DNA from: Psilocybe cubensis | Lineage: Eukaryota | Assembly: GCA_017499595.2 (NCBI GenBank) | Contig: CM039002.1 | Coordinates: 2,294,001-2,358,000 of the forward strand | Length of the DNA: 64,000 nt | Reading direction: 5' to 3' | Part shown: positions 1-11,729 of the stretch, piece by piece | Layout of the letters: each line of letters opens with the position of its first letter | Position numbering within the stretch: position 1 is the stretch's first letter | The notes under the pieces: model-generated | What the model saw: the letters and a program-made list of their open reading frames with translations, nothing else | What the model was told of the DNA's origin: nothing | Database searches by the model: none | Position numbers and translations under genes: made by a program

Positions 1-2000
1 GGAAGTGTCGTGTCGAGGCTGCGCCTGCGTCGACCAAGGGATGTTGGTGGTGGGGTGGTAGGTCGGCCCCGCTTACAACTCCCCTTGGATTCATCTGGGG
101 TTATTGGCGACATGTGGGTCGAGGTAGCAACTGGCGGACCGTGGAGAGATGAAGGGCCTGAGCAAGACACAGAGGATGACAGTGGCATTACCAACATTGT
201 GTCAACTGTGATACTCGTCAAACCACCCGAGTCGGTTGTCGTTCCTACTGTCATCGGGGTGGGGTCCGGTTCAATAGTGTCGTACCATGGCGTATCTTCC
301 CGATCGTACGGGGCCGGCTGAGGGCTGGGGTCACGTCTGATTATTTTTGCGGGACGTGATAGTCTGCCGCGCCCAGGCTGGCGTGTCTCGTAACGCCCTC
401 TGTGCGGTTCATGGTGGCCCTTCTGCACAAATGCACCAGCCAACTCCGAGGGTGGAAGCAAATGCTTACAAAAGTCCCATTCATTCTTGACTCCGTTATA
501 GACCTTTTGGTGAGCTCCAAGCGCGGTCTCCTCCCGTTCATGTGCCGACTTGGCTATGTGTTGGCGCAGGTAAACACTGGACCCCTCGGTGGATACTAGA
601 GTTTTCCAAACAAACACCTTAGTTTGATTGATGGGCGGGTCTGTCTCACGGTTCAACCGTATTATCCTCTCTTCTTCAGTCTCTGTGGCCAAAATTTTCT
701 GCCGCTCCCTGACCCGCGCAGCCCAGTATGCATCCCAGTCATCATGTACTGACGAGAGCAGCCTTAGGTTTCCATGTGGCAATTCAATCATGTGCAGCGT
801 AGGCAGGTTAGCACTATCAATGGCGAGTTTGCGCTGTTCCTCGTCTTTCTGTTGTAGTGCAGCCTCCATTTCTTCGAATGGTCTGGACATGTATCTATCC
901 AGTGCCTTGGGGTCATGGGCAAAATGGTTGCTCAGGATAGAGTACACCAAAGTTCGCGAATACTTGTCTCCAAGGACCTTCATGGTTAGCCCTTCGGTCG
1001 GATGAACATGGCTGAAGAATTTACGAGCAAAAGCGGCTGCGAAAGAGACGTCCATGGACTCAAATAACTCAGTCAACAGCTGAGCCAACAGGTCATGCGG
1101 GGGCTGAAGGTGTGGATTCACATTGAGATGAGTAACAATGAACTCCTCTTCCTGTATGCGCCATGGATAATATACTGGAATGGAGTGCTCCAGAAACCAG
1201 TCGACAGGGGGGCGTGTCGGGTGGGTGCTAGTCCAATCATAGACAATACCAGCTCGCGGTGTTTTGGCATCGTATGAATAGACATTGGAGTTGTAAAATC
1301 CATCCAGCCATGCTTCTGTAATTTCTGGGTGTTCGGAGCGCAGCCTGTGATGCCATGCTGGGACGGGACTTCGAGGATCATGTTTGATATGTCTTGAATG
1401 AACCTCTCGACGACTTTGGGCGCAGAGATACGACAGGTACCCCATCCATAGTATGAAAGCATTCCGGCTGGCATTGATACTGCGGTAGGCGGCTTCCTCA
1501 GTGCGATGTTTAAGCATGTACCCCAAGCTTTGCGGGACTGGTGGTGGCGTCCCCGGTATGCGACACCACAGGCGCACTTTTTCAGCCACCAGGATTAAAT
1601 TGACCTCGCAGTCGTACCATTTTCGTTGTTCCAGCGTGTCCATGGCCCAGGTAGGCGGTTGCTTTGGCACCCGTGGGTTCATCTGGCCATCCCTATGGCA
1701 AAATAACTTTGGACTCCAGCACAGAAATTCGAACGGCAAGGACACAAAAGAGGGCGACAGTGGAAAGAAAGCCATCCATCCATATGAATCATGCCACCGA
1801 ATGGGTTGCTTGAATCCCTCCAGTTCTAGGTCGTGCAGGGACGCATCTGTCGATGTGAATTTGCGTGCAAAGACCTCTTTAAAGTCCTGGTTGGGAGGGG
1901 GGATGAGGACCACTCACTTGGAGTTGGGTGACGCATAGATTGTGCCCTTCTGAATGAATGCCGACCCTTCCGACCAATTGATGGGTGCTTGGTTTGGCAT
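1..2000 (-). pseudogene. Long intronless hypothetical gene ('gene X', Agaricales transposon-associated family); runs off the left edge; early nonsense codon
   Basis: ATG at 2000 (MPNQAPINWSEG...). TGA at 1914-1916 corresponds to CGA (Arg) in the copy at 51178+. After that the frame stays open for >600 codons to position 1 (...RNAFILWMGYLSYL...WDAYWAARVRERQKILATETEEERIIRLNRETDPP...NEWDFC). Absent from the ORF track because it has no stop inside the window. Confidence 0.7.
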
Positions 2001-2501
2001 AAAGAACAATCTAAGAGCCGCCCATATTAGTTATCTGACAGACCGGGGAGGAATAGCATCTAAACTTACACAAATGCACTGCGTGTCAGAGTGGTTTTGG
2101 TGTTGGAGCACGCAGACAAAGAGTTGTTATCGCGAGCTGGAACAGAACAAGGCTGCAGAAGAGCTTCTGTAGTCTTGAACGTTATGGCCAGCGAAGAAAG
2201 CTACAGAAGAGCTTCTGTAGTGTTCAATGGAGTCTACGACGCGTCTGGCTATGGAAGAGCTTCCGTAGTCAGTTGGCGTGCAAACGCGGGTGGTCGCCCA
2301 ATGCAATACCCAGAATTGATACAGAAGACCTTCTGTATCAAGCGGGATTGGGGGGTGTCCAAGGCAAGGACTACAGAAGAGCTTCTGTAGTCGTGGGCGT
2401 GCGTTGATGATGCGGATAACAAGAGGTACTGCTGTAAGTCAGGCGGAGTATCAGGCGGAGTACTAGATTTACAAGTGATGCCCGCCTATATTTGTTGATT
2501 G
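1469..2501. repeat. Inverted duplication arm A (partner 50680-51709)
   Basis: Reverse complement matches 50680-51709 (coordinate sum ~53178) with scattered substitutions and small indels; matching ORFs 1954..2172(+) and 51006..51224(-). Confidence 0.92.
2148..2392 (+). repeat. Array of five palindromic hairpin repeats (core CTACAGAA-GAGC-TTCTGTAG) with unique spacers
   Basis: Loops at 2161, 2209, 2257, 2327 and 2379 (periods 48, 48, 70, 52 nt). Stems of ~10-14 bp with G:T wobbles and compensatory changes. Confidence 0.85.
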
Positions 2502-3275
2502 CAATTATAACATCCTAATATAACCAGAAGCAGGTGCCAAACTATATTCATGGTTTGGAGGCTTTTTTACAAGGTTTCTACTGAAATTGTTGTGATATAT
2601 AACGATGCATGCGATAATTATCAAAATCTGGGGTACAACAGCGCGCGCAGCATCAACGTTAGTCAAACAACCAGCCACCTCCATTTCTACAATTAACTCG
2701 TGAACCATAAGCTAGTTCTCCCGACCTGCCATTAAACTCTCGTCAAGTTATTCCAAGTTCTTCGACATTTGTTCAAGAAGATGCCTAGGTCAGGAAGTTA
2801 ACAGCGATGCTGTTCTGAATGCTTAGCGTGCTAGGAGACGTCCATAACACAACTGCACGATGTGTAGAAAAGCCGTTAAAGTTTCTGGTTTATAAATAAT
2901 CATCTTCCTACCTTGCGTATTTCATTTTCTATTATTTCTATCTGTTCAAGTTTGCTAGTAGTTTGTCTGTTTCTCATTCATATCTTGTATCGTAAAATAT
3001 TTCCGCAGAGTGGCGTTGCTGATAACTTTCCATGGGCGGTGGGGAACTAAGAATTAGTGTCACTGCAAAATACCCTCCCATGCTAGGTAAGCACGCCATC
3101 TAACCTTACAAATCATACATACCATGTGATGAATAGTCTTACAGTTTGGTGCATTAGCTAGATTGGATGGTAAAAGGTCTATTCAGCGTATAGTAAATGT
3201 ATAGCAACTTGTCACCGACATGAGCGTGGAACCTGCGCATGTTTACTAATCCAGCTATGTAGGACCAGTACAACC

Positions 3276-4418
3276 TTATGACTGCTCCGGATCCGTATGA
3301 TACGATGGCAAGGCTGAATGAGTAAGGGATGAGTGGCTGCTTGTCGATGCAACAAATGAAGGATCTCTTGAATCGTTGCAAGATGATATGACGGTCAAAG
3401 TCGACAATTCTGTGAGGGATGTCATTGTGCGTTGATCAACCCCTTCCTGCGAACGAAAATAATAAAGGAGCTTTTCGATGATGACCGGGATATTCAACAG
3501 CAAGGTTGATATGACGACCTGAAAAAAGTTGAAATTGCGAAATGGTAGGAGTAAGTGGTAACTTACTGGTGCATGGAGCAAGTATGCCATTACATGTCTG
3601 TTATATCCAAATCGCGATGGATAGATTGACAGGAAGATGGCACTGCCCATGAGCCAGGTCAGAAAGCTAAGGACTAAACGTGATGCCAAAGGTTCTTCAA
3701 GTTGAACAGTCCATATATGGTGAAATAAAAATAAGCCCAGAATTGTTTCAGCTGTGTTTAATCAAGTATAAAGTGAGATCATATGCATGAGGACAGAGAA
3801 TGTTACAACTAACTTGTAAATGCAAAAATTAAAACAATGTGAAGAGGGTGACAGATGCAGGTGTTATCCGTGCATTGAGAAGGTAGACGACAAAGTGCAG
3901 AAGATAGCACCCCAAATGTCAGGCCACATACGACTATGAAACCTGCAATAAACCATGCCCGTCGAAAATGTGATCGGATTCTCGACCTTCTGCGGGTTAA
4001 TGACATGAATAGGCTGGCCCTGGAACACCTAAGAACCAATGTGAATAGATTAAGAAGCATGAGGATCTGTGAAATTTAAATTACCAGATACAAAGAATCG
4101 CGAATGCCCATTCCAAATGATATATTGATCGGAAGCGTGTCGTGACTGTGAAGCAACGGTCAGGTGGATACAGTAACAAATGTTTGAAGGCTGACAATCG
4201 AACACCAACAATACCAATTGAACGACTTCAACCACACCTGCAGCGACAGCTAGGCAGTCATCTGCGGAGAAAGAAGCATAACTCCAAACCGTTCGAAACA
4301 CCGCCGTCGCAATAGCGAGACAATGTACGGAAAGAAGCACGGCTTACAGAGGAGATACGTCAAAAATCAATTATAAGCTTGGAAGGCTTGCTGAAAACAT
4401 ACCATAGGTTAGGTTCAT
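3276..4418 (-). CDS. Multi-exon integral membrane protein, fungal rhodopsin-domain (PTH11-like) family, paralogue 1
   Basis: MNLTY|AVLLSVHCLAIATAVFRTVWSYASFSADDCLAV..., several hydrophobic segments, Cys-rich loop (CRLPSQCTDNTCIC), Ser/Thr-rich tail. Same layout as the genes at 34139 and 43652. Confidence 0.6.
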
Positions 4419-7079
4419 ACTGCGATGCAAGCAAAATTCAGCTGGTGGTAAGAGAATGAACACGTTGCGGTCGGTGACAAGGCTGCCAGCGCCGACAGCA
4501 ACATTGCTTCTGGGCTCCCACATTGCCCCGCTTCAACATGTGTTTGGTTTAACGTAACTACAGAAATGGTGAGCAGAAGATAAAAGAAAGATGATCTGAA
4601 TGGAAACCTACCACTAATTGGACCATAGATGCCAGTTCGTTATCTCATCGGTCCTCCAGACGAACTTGTTTGCCCTGCCTAACCCATTCTCATCTACGTA
4701 GCCCATCTAGTCAGCAGTTTCCAACGTCATTTAGCACATACATCGAAAAAACTCACAATGTCACAAGCGCCAAGCTACCAGGTACATCGAGCGTGTTACT
4801 ATGTTTTCCATGCGCTAACAACCTATAGAACGAGGTCAGCAGAGTCCGAGCAACACTTCACTTGAGGAGATGTACAAAGGCAAAAGAGAGAATTCGTTGC
4901 ATATGTTATGTACACTCTTGGGGATGGCATTCGTTAAAATCTGGGCGCAAAGGGCAAGCAAAATGTCCGAAATTGTGGGTCTATCATCCTGCGTTCGTTA
5001 TTTGAGACCGACTTCATTCGATGTGACATCTGCAAGAGAAAATAAAGTCAGGGCATTAGAATGCTTGCCGCTTGTACAGAGCATGTCATTAATATTGGAA
5101 TACTACTCGCCATTTATTCAAGTTGGCTTGGTTTCGGTTGGGTATGCCTTGTTTAAAACCTTCCAAAGATCGCCGCCTATCCTTAAATTTGAATCAAGGT
5201 GAGTGACTTTTTTGGCTGGCGTTTATTATAATGACTCACTGTATTCACATTCTACACAGCAACCTTGACGGGGATTTTATTCATTCTTGGTCGAATAAGG
5301 GGATTCCATAATGCAATTATTTGGACCAAGGCGTTGTATTTTTGCATATGCAGGTGGTCGGCTTCTGGATTTGAATGTATTGACCTTGGAAGAAAATGCG
5401 GCCCCCCCGTGTTTCGTACTGTCGACAGACTGCAGTCGCCCACTAAAACTCCAAGGGCATTCATCGAGCAAAGAGGGGTTGGGTAGCTGGTGCACGCCAC
5501 ACTGTCGAAAGATTCATTTGGTGAGATGTGCATGCCTATTACCGACAGCTTGACACTCACCAAATACGGTTTCTATTATTTCGCCGCACCAAAACTCCCT
5601 CGTTACACCAAGTGCCCCTTCATCAGCCTTTCAAATAACTATTGGAAGTGCGAACTCAAAGAACCTGGCTAATCGGTAGGTTAATCGTTGTATTTTGTTT
5701 AAGAAAGGATTGCTGGAAAAACGGTGGATAGATTGTCGGCTCCTTGCCAAGTCGTTTGCAAATTTAAAGGCGATGGGCGCTGGTAAAATAAATCTTTGCG
5801 GGGATCCGAAACGCTAATCGATGATCTCTGAAGCAGCAGTAGGACGGTTCGAAGCGAGGTAGAAATGAACTGGATAAGGGACTGAAGGAAGGATGCAACC
5901 ATGAACTGATCACATGCCGGGTTAGGTGATGATTCACAGGTCTCCCTTTCGCGTTCTATGTGCCACTTCCATGATACTGTGCTATTCTCTGTATATTATA
6001 TACGCCACGTATGGATCCATTTTATGACTATTAAAATAACCTTGTCCCTCTCAACGTCGACTACATATGTTTCTTGATTCCCAAGCTAAAATTTCGGTCT
6101 TCTCTTTCTACCTCAACAAGTTCCACCGTCCTCGGTATGTTTGGCTGCACATATCTAGAGTTTTTCCATGTAATTCTGGTCTACTCATTAGCCGCCTAGG
6201 ATCACTGACGCACAACCGCTAGTCACTGCTTACAAGCGTACCTCTTTCCACCCGCCTCCTCTTGTGCCCGAAATCAAAGTCACTCCTCCACTTCTCCACC
6301 GACCACTTCAGGCTTCAGCATAGACGGCAGAGTGAGTGGACTCAGTGTCTCTGCTGGGAATCGCTCTCCCGTTTTGGTTGGTTTTCTGACTCTTGGTTCT
6401 ATCTCTGTTGCTCTAGGCGCGCTACTTGCAATCAGCTACTTGCAGTCACAACCCCAGCACAGTTCCTCACAACCCACCCACTCCCAATTTATGGTGACAA
6501 ACCGGCGTAGGGTGGCTACTTGCAGGAAGAAATCCTGTCTAATCCCATTGTTCCATGATTACTTTTGAACCATGTTCCTCGACTACAACGAAACCCGCTA
6601 CATCGAATCTTCATTGACTTACCGCAAGTTATCATCAGGCTTTCCCCTCCTTATACTAGTTCTCCCGTAAACAGTGTCACCCATTCCATGCCCTTTTTCT
6701 CCCCGGGCGCATGTCATCATTCTTCCAGGATATCGTCTTAGAGCTCTCTGGGTGATTTGGGTTTGTTTAATGTAAGTCATTGGCTTTGATCTTTCATATA
6801 TAGTATCTAATTATCTATGGTTACCAGGCTCTGCCGTTCACTAAACCAGCCAGAAAGATTGTGTTTTGTTAGCCTCATCTCGCCAGAATCCAATGTTATA
6901 GTTAGTTACCATTCATATGGTGTAAATCCTGAACTTTCACATTTCCAGCGCTTATATGCGCCTTTTTCAGGGTCGTACGCCATGTCCAATATTCGGCCCG
7001 ATGCACACATGCAAAGATCGTCCATTATGCACATGTCGAGATCGTCTGGCATATCCTCGAACAAACGCTGGCCCTTGCG
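4214..7079. repeat. Near-identical inverted duplication arm B (partner 31055-33920)
   Basis: Position x pairs with 38134-x over 2866 bp with only a few SNPs; the ORF track lists almost identical translations on opposite strands. Confidence 0.97.
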
Positions 7080-7187
7080 TTCGGACAACACGTGCTGCCA
7101 GTTGGCTATTTGATTTTCTCAACTTTACGCAACTACCCATTCCTCGTTGAATGCAGACACCTTTGCACCCTATCGAGCTTTCCTCTC

Positions 7188-8037
7188 ATGCCGCAGCCAA
7201 CTGCCTACATCTGCCTCACGAGTAAGGAACGTAAAAAGTACAACGTCACCCTCCATGCCCCATTCTCCGACACTCTTGATTTGGAGGGACTGGACATATT
7301 TCTTCATCGCATCTCGAATTTTTTTCAAATGGGGCCCAGTTCCACCAAGAACGAATTCATTATGCCGATTCGTGATTGCCAGACTGCTACGTCTGGCCAA
7401 ACCGAGGGCGTCCAAACAGTGCGTTGGAAAGGAGAAGCGTTGGAGGGGTTTTTCGAACTCGTTGTTTATCAAGACAAGCAGGCCAAAGTTCCAAATATCG
7501 ACGTATTGTTTCCCATCCGATACATGGAGTCAAACCACGGCCCAATTCCAAATTCTCAGTGGGCATCAGGTTCTGTGTGTTTCAAATTCGATATCCACTT
7601 TCGCGTTGATCATCAATCAATGCTCTCTCTCGACGTCCTGAGGAGAGCCATTTACTATCTACGTCGAATTGATGCTCCACCATGTCCAGGATGTAAACGA
7701 ATGGGTATTCGGGTATGTATTTAGAGCCGCCCTTCTATATCTCACTCCTCATTCCTTGTACATTATACAGTGTGAACTCTTTGAAGGAAACATACTTTGC
7801 GAGTCATGCAAACAAAATGGACATCTGTGCTATCTGTTTAACCCGGGAGCACCAAGGCACATTTTGACTGCCCCTTGCACCAACTGCAGTGGAAAGTTTC
7901 ACAAAGTAAGTATATCTCCTAACATATGATTGCCTTGATAATGATGCTCCAAATTTCAGTGCATGCTTTTTGAGTGGCAGGACGCATGCCAAAGCTGCCA
8001 AAAATCCAGACAGCCTTGCATCTTTCTTGATCCGTGA
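7188..8037 (+). CDS. Protein with two tandem C-terminal Zn(II)2Cys6-type clusters
   Basis: Removing introns 7713-7770 and 7906-7959 (GT...AG) gives CPGCKRMGIRCELFEGNILCESCKQNGHLC and CTNCSGKFHKCMLFEWQDACQSCQKSRQPC, both Cx2Cx6Cx8Cx2Cx6C. Stop TGA at 8035-8037. Confidence 0.75.
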
Positions 8038-8622
8038 GCAGCCGTGTAGTGATGTCTGTCTATGTAACGATGACCTGCCTTTTGAATCGAGTATGTCAGT
8101 ATGCCAGTAGCCCTAATCAATCATTCGAATTTTCGAGTTCACTGCCTCGTTGAAATAAATAGACACGCGGCACGCCATATATCACGTGAGTCGTGGACTG
8201 GTCCTTTAATTATAACTACTTGTCTACTTTATAATTACCTGGACATAGCGTAAGTGTTCAAATTTAAACATCATGCCTAGTTATAACCAAGTCATCCATA
8301 CTTCAGAGCTATGTCGTCAGGTTGGTGTTTTGGTCTGGGGCAATGTCTTTGCTTTAGTACAATCAAAGTAGTCAGAGTTATATATGGCAGACCAATGCGC
8401 GTGGGTTGCCGAGGTAACGATTTTGAATTTTATAAACGCCCATTCAATTCAATTTTTCTAGTTTTCTAAACCTCCAGAAAATGATAAATTCGAAGTCAAA
8501 AAGTACATAGGGATGGGAAGAGATGTTGTCCTAGACGTTCCCTTTTCAGTCAGTGATTCTTGTCGCTCATGTCTGCTAACGCACCATATTAGCTAGGTTC
8601 CGGACAGCCACATCCTTTCCCT

Positions 8623-9849
8623 TCAGTCAGCCGCAAGGCTCTCAATGGCAGAAAGGGCTTCTGAAGCCAAGCGTTCAGATAAAAGGTGGACATTGTGGTC
8701 TTTGCGGTATTTATCCCATGTAGTCCTGGTGTTCCAAGTGGGTTTGCCTTCTTTTGAGCGTAGACAATGGTCTGCACACAGGGGATGCAGAATAGGAGTT
8801 TCCCAAAAACCATAAATGCCATCTTGATCTACCCATCCTTGTTCATTGTCAATGTAAAGCCATAACTGTGCATCTTCAAAGGATTGGGCGTTTGGAATCC
8901 TGTGGGTGATAACGTCACCAGGATTGGGGTTTGGCAGAAGAAAACTGGGTACATTCGAAAGCTTGTCAGGCGAATGACAAGTGATCAGTCGATACTGGAC
9001 GGTTTCCCCTTTGGATTTGAAGGTACCAATCGTGGAAGTCATGGTTTTGATCAAACGCAACCTTTCCTCTGTTGAATCTGAGCGAGACTACAGAAATGAT
9101 TCAAATTTGGTCAGATGGTCAAGAATGAACACCACTTACATGACCTGAAGGAGAGGCGGTTGACGAAGTTCGATGTGCGTTCGACCTCTACAACACTTTA
9201 TTAATGGCCGGGTTCACAAAGAGGTAAGGAACTTACAGAGGGTCCCGCCGAAGATGAACGTGGGTTCCTGCTAGAGATAGTAGATGACTTCTTTCGCCTT
9301 CGATTATCCAATGCAAGGGAAATAGAGGGACCTGCGGCGTCACTTTCACTTTCCGACTTTGGCTCGATATCTGTTTCCACGGTGTTGGGCGGACGTCGGA
9401 TCGATACCTCTTCACGGCTCTCTCTCTCTTTTTCTCCTGCCCTCCTTTCTTCTTCATCTGCTCTGGGTACCTGCGGCACCTCTACCTGCTCCTGTGGAGT
9501 ACTAGTTCCCTCCGGTCGTTGTCTCGTTTCCGGTTCGGTTTGATTGGCTCTTTCGGCGTCTTCACGGGACTGGGAGGGCTGGACGCTGGACTGATTTAGC
9601 ACTCTGCCATACAACAACAAACCGACGCACTGATTTTCTAGGTTGTTATGCTCTTCAGTATTGCGTAGCCAGTCTGCAAAGTCGTAAGTCAGGATCTAGA
9701 TGGATCGGTGGCATCTCAGTACGATTATTACATTGGTATCATTTCTGAAACCCATCGCTCACGTCAATTAATGGATATTGTGGCATTTGCCTGAAAGCAG
9801 GGCGCGAGGAGAGGGGAAGATTTTGAGGAGCTGGAGTATCTGGGTCCAT
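8623..9849 (-). CDS. Hypothetical multi-exon protein ('gene Y') with C-terminal PxPGDVITH...QLWLY...W...HP...G.P.W domain
   Basis: Start MDPDTPAPQNLPLSSRPAFRQMPQYPLID, charged low-complexity middle and conserved C-terminal exon; clear paralogue at 27808-29485. Confidence 0.7.
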
Positions 9850-10299
9850 CGTGTGGTGTGCTCCGGTCTCAGTTTCGATGATCGTAATCTATATATATAT
9901 ATATAGCATCGCTCTTTGAATATTCAAAGCTGAGTAGCAAATTAAATATCAAGACGGTTCCCGTAAACTTTTGATCCAATTTTAAAATTGATGGCAACAT
10001 TTGGGACAGCATCAATTGCAATGATAGTAATAATGTTTCCTTATAAGGTGCAAATCCAGGGTAAGGGCCTTTACGGCCAATAATATTACGGTAGGCCCCC
10101 ATTTCCACTCTTGATATAAGAATATTGGTGACTAAGTTTTATACTCGAAAAGGCGGCTTCGAATAATTATGCACCTGGCCGACAATACCTGCCCATGGCT
10201 TCCAGTAATATATCAAAGTCGGATAATTTGGTGGCTACGTCCGTCTTTGTATGTTAGCAAGTCCGGCCAGCGGCGTATCTATAAGTATAATATGTAGTA

Positions 10300-10845
10300 C
10301 CGTATTCATCATGAAGTAAGTGATCACATATTTATATTCACAGTGTAGGTTACATCATCTACAGGACGTGGATGGATTGGGCGACATAAGGTAAATCAAG
10401 ATAGTTAGAACATTCTTGATTGGCCACGTGTGCCTCTACAAAGGCCCCGATATAACTGCAATATTTTTTTAAATTATCATCAATGTCACCCATGGATCTA
10501 GACGCATCTAACTCACATTGAAATAGCCTTGTTAATAAGTGCTTTGGGTCCTGTTGGTCGCGATAACAATGCAACACGTCTTCCCAGAGAAAATACAACC
10601 AGCTCTCCATGCCATGAGAAGTAGGGAAATACCTCCCTCAGTTTAAGATTTGGAGGCATAGCAGGATCGAAGTATCCAACTAGGAGATAACGATGCTGGC
10701 CGACGGAGACCATGGCAGACTTGACAGCCACCTTGTTTGGGTTACTGAACTTCTCGGACACATTGATTTGCGGTATTCTATCAGGAAAGGCTGAATTTGT
10801 TGTCGCGATGAACGTGCGCATGACTGGGTTGCTGGAGAACGACAT
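10300..10845 (-). CDS. Small hypothetical protein
   Basis: ORF MSFSSNPVMRTFIATT...PPNLKLREVFPYFSWHGELVVFSLG... ending at a GTGAGT donor near 10517; 3' end uncertain. Confidence 0.4.
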
Positions 10846-11729
10846 GGTGTAGTAAGTGTATCCTAGCACCGGAAAACGCTATTGATTCAATGGTCAATTG
10901 TGAGTATGAATTCGATTTATTATAACTTCATCTTACATTACCGGTTTGGCGGCTCCGGCGGCTGGTTGTACTCTGGGATGAAAGTGCAAAAGTTACGATC
11001 TCGGTTTGTTGCCCAGCAGGAGTTTCGGTGGAGGCAGAAACAGTTAGAATCTCGGTTTCGTGTCGAGTGAGCTGGTCACGTAGAGTTAATTAATTAATTT
11101 GTGCTGAAAGACGAAACTTAACACACCATGAAGACTGTCGAAAGGTAGATGTTAGTTCTGCTAGAGTTTGGTTGGCTGGATGCTGTGGGCTGGTCAAGTC
11201 AGAGACCGGTTGACCGTGTTATATAGCAATGGCATGGATTGTACATACATGCATTTCCTCTGTCGGTCGCAGTTTAGAACCAGCCACCAGCGACTTCATT
11301 TCGGACGCGCGGCACGGTATCTGCCTTTCTCCCCGACATATCTTTATCTTGTTTTGAGATGTCGGTACTCGTCACCGGTCTATTTCATCAATGCTGGACT
11401 AAAATTGAGAAAAAATACAATGCACTTGGGTCCAGTCTTTTGCATTGATCGGGATAAAATTATCACAGTGGAAGAAATTGCAACCAACATGACTTACACA
11501 TGATGGTGGCCGATCAAGGCATTTACTCTGAGTCGCAGTGGTCGGCGGTCGCCCGACCTTTTTTTCAAATTTCTTCGCAAGTTATCCGTAACTTACTCCC
11601 TATCTGGCACTAACAAGTCGAAGTGTCGGCTCCTAGAAGGTGCCATACAAAATTAATCGTGTACGACAGCTTAAAAGCCTACTACCGATTATTTCTGTCA
11701 TCATCCCATTTTTCCACAATCGTTATTAC

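Noticed and set aside
2148-2392. Calling the hairpin array a CRISPR array
   Set aside because: Eukaryotic context, no cas genes, uneven periods, and essentially the same spacers in both copies; kept as an unexplained hairpin array.
4430-7079. Genes within segment B/B'
   Set aside because: Splice-like signals and exon-like pieces exist, but the frames are broken by stops and I could not build a supported model; probably degraded genes.
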